DNA of 64,000 bases from Candidatus Marinacidobacterium sp. (GTDB taxonomy: Bacteria > Acidobacteriota > Vicinamibacteria > Marinacidobacterales > Marinacidobacteraceae): positions 96,001-160,000 of the forward strand of contig CBDCRI010000001.1 in assembly GCA_965220965.1 (NCBI GenBank). The letters are read 5' to 3'. This document shows, in pieces, positions 19,158-28,654 of this stretch (position 1 is its first letter; every line of letters starts with the position of its first letter). The notes below the pieces were generated by a model. That model ran no database searches, was not told the origin of the DNA, and saw nothing but the letters and a program-made list of their open reading frames with translations. The position numbers were made by a program, and so were the translations under genes.

Positions 19158-19200
19158 CGGTTCCTCCGGTTGTCGGCGCCCAGCGCGCCGGGAATCAGTG

Positions 19201-19578
19201 TCAGTAGCTGTCGATCGGGTCGCCCGTGGGCAGGGCCTGGCCGTCCGAGAAGTCCACGACGACCTCCTCGGCCGGCACGCCGAGCGTGCCGGTCACCAGC
19301 CCCACCACCCAGGGCAGCAGGACCATGCAGGCGCCCGCCAGCACCGCGGCGAGCCCCTTCTGGAACTCGGCGTCGCCGCGGGCCTCCCGGTAGTGCCTGG
19401 CGAGGTAGCCCACGCCCATCCCCACCGTCGCCAGGCCAAGGACCGTGAAGAAGGCCGTGGCCAGGCCCGTGGCCGACTGCAGCTGCGCCAGCCAGCCGGG
19501 CTTCAGCGCGCTCAGCCGCTCCGCGGCGGCCGGCGCCGCCGCCAGCAGGCCGGCCAGGGCCGGCACGGCCCGCCTCAC
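19201..19578 (-). CDS. IcmC/IcmD-like pilin-like membrane protein
   Basis: Paralog of its neighbour (GWLAQLQS vs GWINQLQS); GTG start at 19578. Confidence 0.65.
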   Translation of the reverse strand: MRRAVPALAGLLAAAPAAAERLSALKPGWLAQLQSATGLATAFFTVLGLATVGMGVGYLARHYREARGDAEFQKGLAAVLAGACMVLLPWVVGLVTGTLGVPAEEVVVDFSDGQALPTGDPIDSY

Positions 19579-20009
19579 TGCCGGGCCTCCTCGTACTGCC
19601 GCAGCGGGTCCATGGTCCGCACCGCCTCGCGGGCGTCCACCTGGTCGCCGCCGCCCATCAGCGTGTCGCCCACCAGTCCCAGGGTCCACGGCAGCGCGAT
19701 GAGCAGGCCGCCGGCCAGCAGCCCGACCAGGCCGCGGGTGATGTTCCGGCCGTCGCCCTCGCGGCGGTGGTGGGCGACGAACTCGCGCAGCGCCATGCCC
19801 AGGAAGGCCACGCCCATGAGCACGGCGACGCCGGTGAGGATCGACACGGCGGCCTTGAACTCCACCCCCAGCGCCGCCAGGAACGCCGTCTTCGGGTCCT
19901 GCGCCAGCGCGGCGGCCGCGGCCGCCCACGCGGCGGCGCCGAGCGCCGCCGTTGCCAATGCGCCCATGCGCCTGCCGTCGGTCCCCGTTCGGGCCATCGC
20001 GCGCGCCAT
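19575..20009 (-). CDS. IcmC/TraQ-like pilin-like membrane protein
   Basis: C-terminal part of the spurious 1494-aa ORF; signal peptide, two TM helices, GGLLIALPW; exact start uncertain. Confidence 0.7.
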   Translation of the reverse strand: MARAMARTGTDGRRMGALATAALGAAAWAAAAAALAQDPKTAFLAALGVEFKAAVSILTGVAVLMGVAFLGMALREFVAHHRREGDGRNITRGLVGLLAGGLLIALPWTLGLVGDTLMGGGDQVDAREAVRTMDPLRQYEEARQ

Positions 20010-20039
20010 CCGCCGCCTACCAAGGTCGTTGCCGATTAG

Positions 20040-20065
20040 ATTATGATTGGCCGCAGGAAAGTCAA
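20040..20065 (-). promoter_or_regulatory. Putative promoter of the pilin/icmJ/icmB operon (TTGACT-N14-CATAAT)
   Basis: AT-rich island at the divergent junction with the sigma gene. Confidence 0.45.
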
Positions 20066-20075
20066 GGGTGCACGG

Positions 20076-21137
20076 GTGAGCGCTTCGACCGACTCGCATG
20101 CGGAGGCCTACATGAGCGCGGCGCGCAACCACCCGCTTCTCAGCCACGCGGAGGAGATCGCGCTGGCGCAGGACATGGACCGCGCCCGGGCCTGCATCGC
20201 CCGCCACGCGGGCGCCGTCCCGGGCGTCGTCAGCGGCTACCTGGCGGCGCTGTCCGCATCCGGCGACCGGCGCCGCGGCCGCATCTACTTGGGCACCACG
20301 CTGCCGGAGGAGCCGCCGGCGGAGGCGGGCGAGCCCCCGGTGGAGGCGCTGCGGGCGGCGGCCGGCGACGCGCAGGCGTCCGCCCGGGTCCTCGGCGACG
20401 TGCGCCCCTCCGAGGAGTTCGTCGAGCGCTGGGCGGAGGCGGTGCGCGACTCGGCGCTCGGCGCCGAGGCCAAGCGCAGCGCCGCCCAGGCCCTGCGCCG
20501 CCTCGTGCGCGCCCGCAACGCCTTGGTCAGCCACAACCTGCGGCTGGTGGTCTCGCTCGCCAAGCGCCAGCACCGCCCGGAGGGCTACGCGCTGAGCGAC
20601 GTGATCGGCGACGGCAACCACGGCCTCATCCAGGCCGTTCGGCTGTGGCAGTACAAGCACGGCTTCCGCTTCTCCACCTACGCCACCTGGTGGATCCGCC
20701 AGAGCGTCTCGCGCAGCGTGCAGGAGCGGGCGCGCACCGTGCGCGCGCCGACCCCGTCGCGGCAGCGCCGCGAGCGCATCGCCGAGGGCCGGCCCTCGCC
20801 GGAGGACCGGCTGGCCGGGGCGGCGCTGCTGCCGGCGATCTCCATGGACGCGCCGCTCGGCCCGGGCACCCAGTCGACGCTGCACGACGTCATGCCCGGC
20901 GGCGCCCCGGCCGAGGACGCCCTCACCAGCCCCGGCGCGCTGTTCGAGGCGATCGAGCGGGCGGTGGAGGAGATGGAGCCGGCCCAGGCCGACCTGCTGC
21001 GCCGCCGCTACGGGATGGACGGGCGCCCGGCCGCCTCGCTGCGCGAGATGGGCGAGGCGCTCGGCCGCGGCAAGAAGGCCGTGACCCGCGACGTTCAACT
21101 GGCCCTCGACGAGCTGCGGCGCCGGATCCAGGGCTGA
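20076..21137 (+). CDS. Sigma-70 family RNA polymerase sigma factor (RpoD/RpoS-like, divergent)
   Basis: Region 1.2 YM..PLLSHAEEIALA; region 2 NLRLVVSLAK, GNHGLIQAV, GFRFSTYATWWIRQ; region 4 RRYG..SLREMG; start may be 20043 or 20076. Confidence 0.88.
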   Translation: MSASTDSHAEAYMSAARNHPLLSHAEEIALAQDMDRARACIARHAGAVPGVVSGYLAALSASGDRRRGRIYLGTTLPEEPPAEAGEPPVEALRAAAGDAQASARVLGDVRPSEEFVERWAEAVRDSALGAEAKRSAAQALRRLVRARNALVSHNLRLVVSLAKRQHRPEGYALSDVIGDGNHGLIQAVRLWQYKHGFRFSTYATWWIRQSVSRSVQERARTVRAPTPSRQRRERIAEGRPSPEDRLAGAALLPAISMDAPLGPGTQSTLHDVMPGGAPAEDALTSPGALFEAIERAVEEMEPAQADLLRRRYGMDGRPAASLREMGEALGRGKKAVTRDVQLALDELRRRIQG

Positions 21138-22054
21138 GGGCGCCCGGCGGCCCCGCCGCCCCCCGCCAGCCCGACCGCCGCCGCCAGGCTGGCCTCGGCC
21201 GAAAGCCCCGACAGCAGGCCGGCGGCGAACGCCCCCGCGCAGGCGTCGCCGCCTGGCGCGGGCCGGCCGTCCGGGGCCGCCAGGCGCATCGGCCGGCGCC
21301 CGTCGCGGTGCAGGGCCGCGGCGCCCGCGCGGGTCAGCAGGGCGCCCCAGCGCGCCGCCGCCGCCAGGCGCCGTCCGGCGGCCGCGGCCGGCTGGCCCAG
21401 CAGCGCCTGCGCGTGCGCCTCGTCGCCCGCCACCAGGGCGGCGCCCTCGGCGAGGTCGAGCAGCGCCGTCCGGCACTCCGGGCGCAGCGCCTCCGGCCCC
21501 AGGGCGAGCGCGCAGGGCCGGCCCGCCGCGTCCGCCGCCGCGCGCAGCTGGCGCAGCAGGCGCCCGCCCTGCGGGTAGTCGAGCGCGTGCGCGTCGAGCC
21601 ACACGAGGTCGGCGCGCGCCAGCAGGCCGTAGGACTCGCCGACCCCGTCCAGGGCCGGCCGGCCGGGGTGCAGCACGAGGCCCGTCCGCCCGTCCGGGCC
21701 CGCCACCGCCACCCGGCGGCGCAGGCCGCCCGCGGCGCAGGCCGACGGCTGCGGCCGCACCCCGCGCCGGGCCGCCTCCGCGGCCGCCTCCCGGTCCGCT
21801 GCCGAGGGCGAGGCGGGGAACTCCAGCGCGCAGCGGACGCGGGGGCGGCGACCGCGGGGCGCGCGGGCCGCGGCGGCGAGGGCGTCGAGCGCCGCGCCGC
21901 CGACCGTCCAGCCGTCCGCCCCCAGCCGGGCGAACCAGTCCGCCCCGCGCTCCAGCGCGCCGCCGGGCGGCGGGGCCAGCCCGTCGAGCAGCGGGTCGCC
22001 CGCGGGCAGGCGCCGCTCGCGCGCAAGGACCGTGAAGCCGTAGATGATGCCCAA
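21095..22054 (-). CDS. PfkB/ribokinase-family kinase, divergent
   Basis: C-terminal GGDACAGAFAAGL anion-hole motif; N-terminal motifs eroded. Confidence 0.6.
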   Translation of the reverse strand: MGIIYGFTVLARERRLPAGDPLLDGLAPPPGGALERGADWFARLGADGWTVGGAALDALAAAARAPRGRRPRVRCALEFPASPSAADREAAAEAARRGVRPQPSACAAGGLRRRVAVAGPDGRTGLVLHPGRPALDGVGESYGLLARADLVWLDAHALDYPQGGRLLRQLRAAADAAGRPCALALGPEALRPECRTALLDLAEGAALVAGDEAHAQALLGQPAAAAGRRLAAAARWGALLTRAGAAALHRDGRRPMRLAAPDGRPAPGGDACAGAFAAGLLSGLSAEASLAAAVGLAGGGGAAGRPQPWIRRRSSSRAS

Positions 22055-22118
22055 TGCCCCCTCCGGGCGGCCTGACCGGCGCGATTATAGGGGGCCGCCC
22101 GCCCGGCGGGCCCGCGGC

Positions 22119-22148
22119 GGGGCCTGACCGCCGGCGATGTGCTTTAAT
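22119..22148 (+). promoter_or_regulatory. Putative parM promoter GGGGCC-N18-TTTAAT (TG-extended)
   Basis: AT-rich hexamer upstream of parM; divergent TATAAT at 22084-22089 for the pfkB-like gene. Confidence 0.4.
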
Positions 22149-22184
22149 CCCACCCAACGCACCCCAGCAGCAGGAACGACCGCC

Positions 22185-23204
22185 ATGCGCATACTCGGAT
22201 TGGACGACGGCTACGCCCAGACGAAGGTGGCCACGGGCGAGAAGTGGCGGCTGGCGCCCACCTGCATCCAGTCCGGGCGGGCGCTGGTCAGCGCGCTGCC
22301 CGGCGGCAGCGCGCCGACCGGCTACGTGGCCCAGGGCGAGGGCTCGGAATGGACCGTCGGCGCCGACCTGCCGCGCCCCTCGGAGATCAGCCACGACGGC
22401 TACCCCGCCTCGGTGGAGGCGCGCGTGATGGCGACCCACGCCATGCGCGGCGCCCTGTCGGAGACGGCCAACGGGTCGGGCCCGGTCGAGGTGTCGGTCT
22501 GCTCCGGGGTGCCGCTCGACCGGACCCTGGGCGGGCACGAGGCGCTCGTGGCGGCCAAGCGCGACAACCTGCTGGCAAACGACGTGGCGGTCCTCAACGG
22601 CTCCGGCGAGCCGCAGGCGGTGGGCTTCCGCGTGGTGCGCCACGAGGTCGTCCCCGAGGCGATCGGCGCCTGGATCGCGGCGATCGCGGAGGTCGGCGAC
22701 GGCGGCGACGTGCGCATCCCGCAGCAGGCCATGCGCGCCCACCTTGCGGTGGTCGACATCGGCGGCCGCACCACCGACGTGGCGGTGGTCTGGAACGGCG
22801 CGGTGGACGCGCAGGCGTCGCGGACGGTGGAGGTCGGCGTCGCCCAGATGCGCGCCCAGCTCGGCGACGCCATCCATCGCCGCTTCGGCGCCCGCATCGA
22901 GGCGCGCCAGGCCGACGAGGCCCTGCGCAGCGGCCAGGTGACCCTGTTCGGCAAGGCGGTCGACGCCGCCCGCGAGCGCGACCAGGCCCTCGGCGCGGTG
23001 CTCGGGCAGCTGCGCAACGAGGTGCGCGCCGCGCTGGGCGACGGCGCCGCGCTGGAGCGCGTGCTGTTCGTGGGCGGCGGCGCCAAGCTCGCCGAGGGCG
23101 CCGTTCGCCAGTGGTTCCGCCATGGCCAGGTGGCGCCATCGCCCGTGCTGGCCAACGCCGTCGGCTTCCAGCTCTACGGGCGCATGGCGTTCGCCGATGG
23201 CTGA
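22185..23204 (+). CDS. parM: ParM/StbA actin-like plasmid segregation ATPase
   Basis: GLDDGYAQTK, VVPEA, VVDIGGRTTD, FVGGGA, ANAVGF. Confidence 0.9.
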   Translation: MRILGLDDGYAQTKVATGEKWRLAPTCIQSGRALVSALPGGSAPTGYVAQGEGSEWTVGADLPRPSEISHDGYPASVEARVMATHAMRGALSETANGSGPVEVSVCSGVPLDRTLGGHEALVAAKRDNLLANDVAVLNGSGEPQAVGFRVVRHEVVPEAIGAWIAAIAEVGDGGDVRIPQQAMRAHLAVVDIGGRTTDVAVVWNGAVDAQASRTVEVGVAQMRAQLGDAIHRRFGARIEARQADEALRSGQVTLFGKAVDAARERDQALGAVLGQLRNEVRAALGDGAALERVLFVGGGAKLAEGAVRQWFRHGQVAPSPVLANAVGFQLYGRMAFADG

Positions 23205-23535
23205 CGGCAAGCTCCGCATGACCGTGGACCTCGAGCACTCGCTCCCGACGCTCGAGTTCCTGCGCGGGCTCGGGCGCCACGAGCGGACCGCCTTCGTGCG
23301 CGTGGCGCTCATCGCCGCGCACCGCCGCGTCAGCCGGCTCGACGAGCGGTCCCTGTGGCCGGGCGCCATCCTCGGGGAGGGCGGCGGCGCGCCGGAGGGA
23401 CGGCCGCGGCCGGTCGGGGGCGGCGACGCCCCGCCCGCCCCGGCGAGCGACCGGCCCCGCCCGGCGCCGGCGCCCGCGGCGTCCGGCGGCATGCCGGGCG
23501 ACGTCGCCCAGGTCCTCAGCCGCTTCGTGCAGTAG
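23197..23535 (+). CDS. Putative ParR/StbB-like adaptor
   Basis: Small gene overlapping the parM stop; RHH-like N-terminus, low-complexity linker, hydrophobic C-terminal helix. Confidence 0.55.
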   Translation: MADGKLRMTVDLEHSLPTLEFLRGLGRHERTAFVRVALIAAHRRVSRLDERSLWPGAILGEGGGAPEGRPRPVGGGDAPPAPASDRPRPAPAPAASGGMPGDVAQVLSRFVQ

Positions 23536-24878
23536 TGAGCGGGCGCCGGGACCCGTCCGAAGCCGGCGGCGACGCCGGCGTCTTCTTCCTGCTGCTCGCG
23601 CTGGCGGCCTGCGCGGCGGCGCTGTTCGCCTGGGACGCGCTGTGGGCCGAGCGCTTCGGCGCCTGGCGGGCGCTGCGCCTGGCCCAGCTGGCGGCGCTCG
23701 GGCCGCTGCTGCCGGACGCCTACTGGGCGTTGTTCGACCTGCCCCCCGCCGACCGCGTCGCGGCGGCGCTGGAGCGCGCCGCCGCCGTGCCCGGCGAGGG
23801 CCAGCGGGAGCAGGCGGCGCTGTTCCGGGCGCGCATCGACCGGGCCTTGCTGCCGCCCGTCTGCCTGCTCGCCGGCCTGCCGTTCGTGGCGCTGGCGCTG
23901 GCGCGCTGGCGGGCGGCGGAGCGCGTCCGCGAGCGCTTCGACGACGCGGACGGGTACCTGGAGGCCCAGGCGGCGCTGCACCCGCACCTCGCCCCGCTGT
24001 CCGGCGAGCGGCCCCACCGGGAGCCGCTGAAGTTCGACCGGGAGCGGCCCAGCGTCCACGCCAAGTGCGTCAACCCCCTAGACTTCGCGCGCATGCGCCC
24101 GCCGCTGGGCCTGGAGGGGGAGGCCGACCGCGCCATCCTCGAGGGCGACGACGACTTCGACGAGGCGCTGGCGGAGCGCTGCTTCGCCCGGCAGTGCGGG
24201 CCGCCGTACGCGGGCCTCGGCGCCTGGGACGGCTGCGCGCAGCACGCCTTCGAGCTGCTGCTGCCCGCCCAGGCGCTGCACCCGGAGCGGATGCTGCCGG
24301 AGATCCGGGCGCTGCTGGCGGACGGCGCGGACGGCGGCAGCGACGCGGCGCGCGCGCTCGCCGAGGCGCTGCGCGCGCGCCGCGGCAAGGCCCCCCGCGA
24401 CCTGCTCAGGGACCCCGCGCTGGCCGCCGCCCTGCGCCTGCGCGAGGCCGAGATGGTGATGGAGGCGCACGGGTTCGTGCTGACCGGGCTCATGAGCCTG
24501 CTGGAGGAGGCCCGGCAGGGCGGCGTGGTGCTGATCCACAGCCTGCGCCGCAAGCTCAAGCTGGAGGACCGCACCATGTGGTACGCTCTCTCCTCCGTCG
24601 GGCGCCGCGTGGCGTTCGCGGAGGGCGCGGGGCCGTTCGCCCACTGGCTGGTGGAGCGCTCGATCGGCGTCCACCTGCCGTCGCCGATGACGGTGCCGGA
24701 GGTCGGGCGCGCCGTGCGCGCGCTGCGCGAGCAGATCGAGGGGCCGAAGCCCAGCGCGGCGCCGCCCATGCCGCAGCCCGAGCGGATCCCGGGGCTGGGG
24801 TTGATGGGGGGTGCGGACCGCTTCGCCAGCCTGGATGAGTTCCTGGAGCGGGACAGGCGGGAGGGAGGAACGAGATGA
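23535..24878 (+). CDS. icmP: IcmP/DotM (TrbA) coupling-complex protein
   Basis: N-terminal TMs; HGFVLT..LLEEARQGGV..LKLEDRTMWYALSSVGR..AEGAGPFAHW. Confidence 0.88.
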   Translation: MSGRRDPSEAGGDAGVFFLLLALAACAAALFAWDALWAERFGAWRALRLAQLAALGPLLPDAYWALFDLPPADRVAAALERAAAVPGEGQREQAALFRARIDRALLPPVCLLAGLPFVALALARWRAAERVRERFDDADGYLEAQAALHPHLAPLSGERPHREPLKFDRERPSVHAKCVNPLDFARMRPPLGLEGEADRAILEGDDDFDEALAERCFARQCGPPYAGLGAWDGCAQHAFELLLPAQALHPERMLPEIRALLADGADGGSDAARALAEALRARRGKAPRDLLRDPALAAALRLREAEMVMEAHGFVLTGLMSLLEEARQGGVVLIHSLRRKLKLEDRTMWYALSSVGRRVAFAEGAGPFAHWLVERSIGVHLPSPMTVPEVGRAVRALREQIEGPKPSAAPPMPQPERIPGLGLMGGADRFASLDEFLERDRREGGTR

Positions 24879-24929
24879 ACGCACGCAAGGGACCGGCCCG
24901 CGGGGCGCCGGCGTAAGGGGCTCCCGGGC

Positions 24930-27329
24930 ATGAGCGAGGAGGCGCGCCGCCGCCACGGGCTCGACGCGGAGATCGAGGTCAGCCCCGACGAGGCCCGCCG
25001 CAGCGTCGGGCCGAGGCGCCGCCTGCGCCGCCTCGCCGAACGGCACGGCTACCGGCCCCTGCTCTGGAGCGGGCTGGCCGTGGTCGCCATGCCGTGGACG
25101 CCCATCCCCGCCGCGCCCGAGGCGATGCTGCTCGCCAACCTGCTCTACGCGCTGTTCGCGGCCTCCGTGCTGTCGGGCGCCTACCCGTTCCGCAGGCCCG
25201 CGCACCGCACCGGCTCGATGGACGACGGCATCATCTGGCTCGGCAACCGCTCGGACCGCTCGCAGGCCACCTGCTGGCTGTCCGACTCGGACCTGCGCAA
25301 GCACCTGCTCGTGTTCGGGACCACCGGCAGCGGCAAGACCGTCTTCCTGCTGGGCTTCTACTACCAGGCCATCGTGCAGGGCAGCGGCTGCATCTTCGTC
25401 GACGGCAAGGCCGACAACTCCGTCTACTGGGCGCTCTCCGCGCTGGCCCGCCGCGCCGGCCGGGAGGACGACCTGCTGGTCATCAACTACCTCCAGCCGC
25501 CGCCCGAGGCGCCGGACAAGGTCACCGGCCGCCCGCGGTCGCCCCGCACGACCATCTCCAACACCGCCAACCCGTTCGCCGACCTCTCGCCGGAGCAGGC
25601 GCGCAGCCAGCTCGTGGCCATGATGCGCGACTCGGGCCAGACCGGCGACATGTGGAAGGGCCGCGCCAGCGCCATGCTCGGCAACGTGCTCGCCTACCTG
25701 TGCGCGGTCCGCGACAAGCAAGAGATCAACCTCGACGTCCAATACATCCGGCGGGCCGTGCAGCTGCCCTACATCGTCGCCGCCAGCCGGCGGCGCGACC
25801 TTCCGGAGGAGATCGTCACGCCGCTGCGCCGCTACCTGGCGGAGCTGCCGAACTACAACGAGGCCGCGGTCAAGGTCACCGTGCCGGGGGACTCCTCGGC
25901 CGACCCCCTGATCACCGCCGCCAACGTCGAGGCCGCCCAGGCCGCCGGCTTCGAAGAGGAGGCCGTCAGGCAGCACGGCTTCCTCCTGATGCAGCTCACG
26001 GAGGTGATGTCGGACATGACCGACACCTACGCGCACATCTTCCGCACCCCGCTCGGCGAGGTGGACTTCAACGACGTGGTGTTCAACCGACGCCTCCTGT
26101 GCGTCATGCTGCCCGCGCTGCAGGCGGACCCGGACCGGCTCGCCGGGCTCGGCAAGCTGGTCGTCGCCGGCATCCGCTCGGCGCTCGGCGGGCGCGCCCT
26201 GGGCGCCAAGCTGGAGGGCGACCGCCGGCAGGTGATCGACATGAAGCCGACCAACGCCCCGGTGCCCTTCTTCATCATCCTCGACGAGTACGGCTACTAC
26301 TCGGTGCCCGGCTTCGCCGTGGTCGCGGCCCAGGCGCGCAGCCTCGGCTGCTCGGTGCTGTTCGTCGGCCAGGACTACTCCAGCTTCAAGCGCGGCGACG
26401 CGAAGGAGGCGGCTAGCGTGCTGGCCAACACGAACACCAAGGTGCTGATGAAGCTGGAGGACCCCGAGGACACCATGGAGGTGATGCGCAAGCGCGCCGG
26501 GCAGGGCTACGCGGTGCAGGGCCGCGACTGGGAGAAGCGCTCCGGCGGCCTGCGGGCGGCCGACTCCGCGGCGTCGGCGCTCGCCGACCGCATCAGCCTG
26601 CGCGACCTGGTCGCCCAGGGGCCGGGCGAGGCGCACGTCATCCACGAGGACCGCATCGAGCGCGTGGGCCTGTGCTACTTCGCCCCGGAGCGGCTCGCCC
26701 TGGAGCAGCAGGAGTCGGAGCTGAACGTGTTCCTCGCGGTGCGCGACCTGACCACCCGCGAGGCGGAGGACATGGTGCTGCGCAAGACCTCGGTGACGCG
26801 GCTGTTCGCCGAGGGCGCGCAGCCCGCGGGCGCGGCCGACTCGACCTTCACCGAGGAGCAGTTCTTCGCCCTGCTGGCGGCGGTCGCCGAGGCGGCCCCG
26901 CCGAGCGACTGGCTCCTGGCGCTCGCCGGGATCAACATGCTCCGGGAGGTGTCCGACGCCCGCGAGATGGCCGAGGAGATGCGCCGCGACTCGACCGGCG
27001 CCGGCTCGCGGCCGGCGGCGGAGCGCTGGCTCGAGGACGAGCGCCGCCGCTCGGGCCGCAGCCGGACGTTCCCGGACTGGCCCGCCGAGGCGCCGGGCCC
27101 GCCGGAGGCCGACTCGCCGTTCGCCGCCTACGACGGCCTCAACGACTGGCACCAGGAGGTGTTCGAGAGCGCCGCGCGCGAGGGGCGGGCCTCAAGGACG
27201 CGGCGCGCGCTCGGCGTCGGCGGGGACCCCGCCGACCCGGACGCCCTGCTGCTGCGCGGCCTGGAGGACGCCGACGAGGAGGAGGATGGGGACGATCCCC
27301 GCCCGCGGGGCCGGGGAGGGCGCGCCTAG
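24930..27329 (+). CDS. icmO: IcmO/DotL (TrbC) type IV coupling protein
   Basis: HLLVFGTTGSGKT, FVDGKAD, MWKGRA, ILDEYGYY, AQARSLG, NTNTKVLMKLEDP. Confidence 0.92.
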   Translation: MSEEARRRHGLDAEIEVSPDEARRSVGPRRRLRRLAERHGYRPLLWSGLAVVAMPWTPIPAAPEAMLLANLLYALFAASVLSGAYPFRRPAHRTGSMDDGIIWLGNRSDRSQATCWLSDSDLRKHLLVFGTTGSGKTVFLLGFYYQAIVQGSGCIFVDGKADNSVYWALSALARRAGREDDLLVINYLQPPPEAPDKVTGRPRSPRTTISNTANPFADLSPEQARSQLVAMMRDSGQTGDMWKGRASAMLGNVLAYLCAVRDKQEINLDVQYIRRAVQLPYIVAASRRRDLPEEIVTPLRRYLAELPNYNEAAVKVTVPGDSSADPLITAANVEAAQAAGFEEEAVRQHGFLLMQLTEVMSDMTDTYAHIFRTPLGEVDFNDVVFNRRLLCVMLPALQADPDRLAGLGKLVVAGIRSALGGRALGAKLEGDRRQVIDMKPTNAPVPFFIILDEYGYYSVPGFAVVAAQARSLGCSVLFVGQDYSSFKRGDAKEAASVLANTNTKVLMKLEDPEDTMEVMRKRAGQGYAVQGRDWEKRSGGLRAADSAASALADRISLRDLVAQGPGEAHVIHEDRIERVGLCYFAPERLALEQQESELNVFLAVRDLTTREAEDMVLRKTSVTRLFAEGAQPAGAADSTFTEEQFFALLAAVAEAAPPSDWLLALAGINMLREVSDAREMAEEMRRDSTGAGSRPAAERWLEDERRRSGRSRTFPDWPAEAPGPPEADSPFAAYDGLNDWHQEVFESAAREGRASRTRRALGVGGDPADPDALLLRGLEDADEEEDGDDPRPRGRGGRA

Positions 27330-28654
27330 GCGGCGTCCGGCGCCGGCGGCGGCGCTTCCCGGGCGTCGCCGGGCGCCTGGGCGAAGCGTCCGGTGGCCTC
27401 GTCGAAGCGGGCGCGCACCGTGCCGCCCGCCTCGCCGTGGCGGTTCTTCTCGAGGATGATCTCGGCCGCCGCCGGGTCGGCGGCGCGGTCGTAGCGGCCC
27501 GGCCGGTACAGCATCCAGACGTGGTCGGCGTCGGCCTCCAGCGACCCGGAGTCGCGCAGGTCGGACATGAGCGGGCGCTTGTCGGCGCGCCGCTCCACCT
27601 CGCGGCTCAGCTGCGAGGCGGCCACCACCGGGCCGCCCGCCTCCCGCGCCAGGACCTTCAACGCCCTGGACACCCGCTCCAGCTGCTCGTTGCGCGTGGC
27701 GCCGCCCGCGCCCGGCACCGACACCAGCTGCACGTAGTCGAGGCAGATCAGCGGCCGGTCGAGGCCGTCGGCGGCGCGCCGCGCCTGGTCGACCACCTCG
27801 TCGCAGCCGGTCCCCCGGGGGCAGACGATGGCCATGGGCCAGCGGGCCTGGCGGCGCGCGGAGGCGTCCAGGCGGCGGCACTCGGCCTCGCTGAGCGCCG
27901 CCTGCCTGAGCCGCGCCAGCCCGACCCCGGCGTCGGCGGCGGCCATGCGCTCAACGAGCTCCCCCTCGAGCATCTCCAGCGAGACGAACACCACCGGGCG
28001 GCCGGCGAGCAGGGCGGCGCGAGACAGCGCCAGCAGCAGGAAGGTCTTGCCCATGCCCGGCCGGCCGGCGACGTACACCAGGTGGCCGGGCCGCAGGCCG
28101 CCGGTCAGCGCGTCGAGGCGCCCGAATCCGGTCGGCACCCAAGCCTCGCCCGGCGCGGCCGCCCGCCGGCCGAGGGCGCGCAGCCAGCGCGCCACGCTGG
28201 CGCCGTGGGCCGGCGGCCCGCCGTCCGGCAGCCCGTCGAGCAGCGCCCGCCAGCGGGCGGCCTCGCGGCGCACCAGGCCGGTCGCGGCGTCCCAGTCGCC
28301 GTCGCCGGGCACGGCCCCGGCGGCGCCGGACCGGCGGGCGCAGGCGGCCGCCTCGCGCAGGACGTGGCAGGCGGAGACGCGCTTGCTGACCTCGCCCACG
28401 TCGACCGGGGCGGGGACCATGGGCAGCAGCGCCGCCAGGGCGTCCTCGGCGAGGCCCAGCCGGGCGGCCAGCTCCAGGGCGGGGATCGGCTCGCCCCGCG
28501 GCGCCAGCAGCCGCCAGGCCTGGCGCAGCTCCGGGGCGGCGATGTGCGCCGCGTCGAAGCCGGGCCAGGCCTCCGCGCTGCGCTGCGGGGACTGCGCCAC
28601 GGCGCCGAGCAGCAGCCGCTCCCAGAGGGCCGCGCCGGCGTCCGGGGCGCTCAA
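27326..28654 (-). CDS. dnaB: DnaB-like replicative helicase
   Basis: PTGF..LD, AGRPGMGKT, SLEM, DYVQL, SQLSR, DLRDSGSLEADAD, KNRHG; TTG start at 28654. Confidence 0.9.
   Translation of the reverse strand: MSAPDAGAALWERLLLGAVAQSPQRSAEAWPGFDAAHIAAPELRQAWRLLAPRGEPIPALELAARLGLAEDALAALLPMVPAPVDVGEVSKRVSACHVLREAAACARRSGAAGAVPGDGDWDAATGLVRREAARWRALLDGLPDGGPPAHGASVARWLRALGRRAAAPGEAWVPTGFGRLDALTGGLRPGHLVYVAGRPGMGKTFLLLALSRAALLAGRPVVFVSLEMLEGELVERMAAADAGVGLARLRQAALSEAECRRLDASARRQARWPMAIVCPRGTGCDEVVDQARRAADGLDRPLICLDYVQLVSVPGAGGATRNEQLERVSRALKVLAREAGGPVVAASQLSREVERRADKRPLMSDLRDSGSLEADADHVWMLYRPGRYDRAADPAAAEIILEKNRHGEAGGTVRARFDEATGRFAQAPGDAREAPPPAPDAA

Noticed and set aside
22069-22130. parC centromere (GGCCTGACCG twice)
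   Set aside because: Only two copies; too few to call an iteron-like centromere
19575-24059. 1494-aa ORF as a giant protein
   Set aside because: Only the last ~144 aa are protein-like (pilin-like); the rest is antisense to the sigma gene and parM
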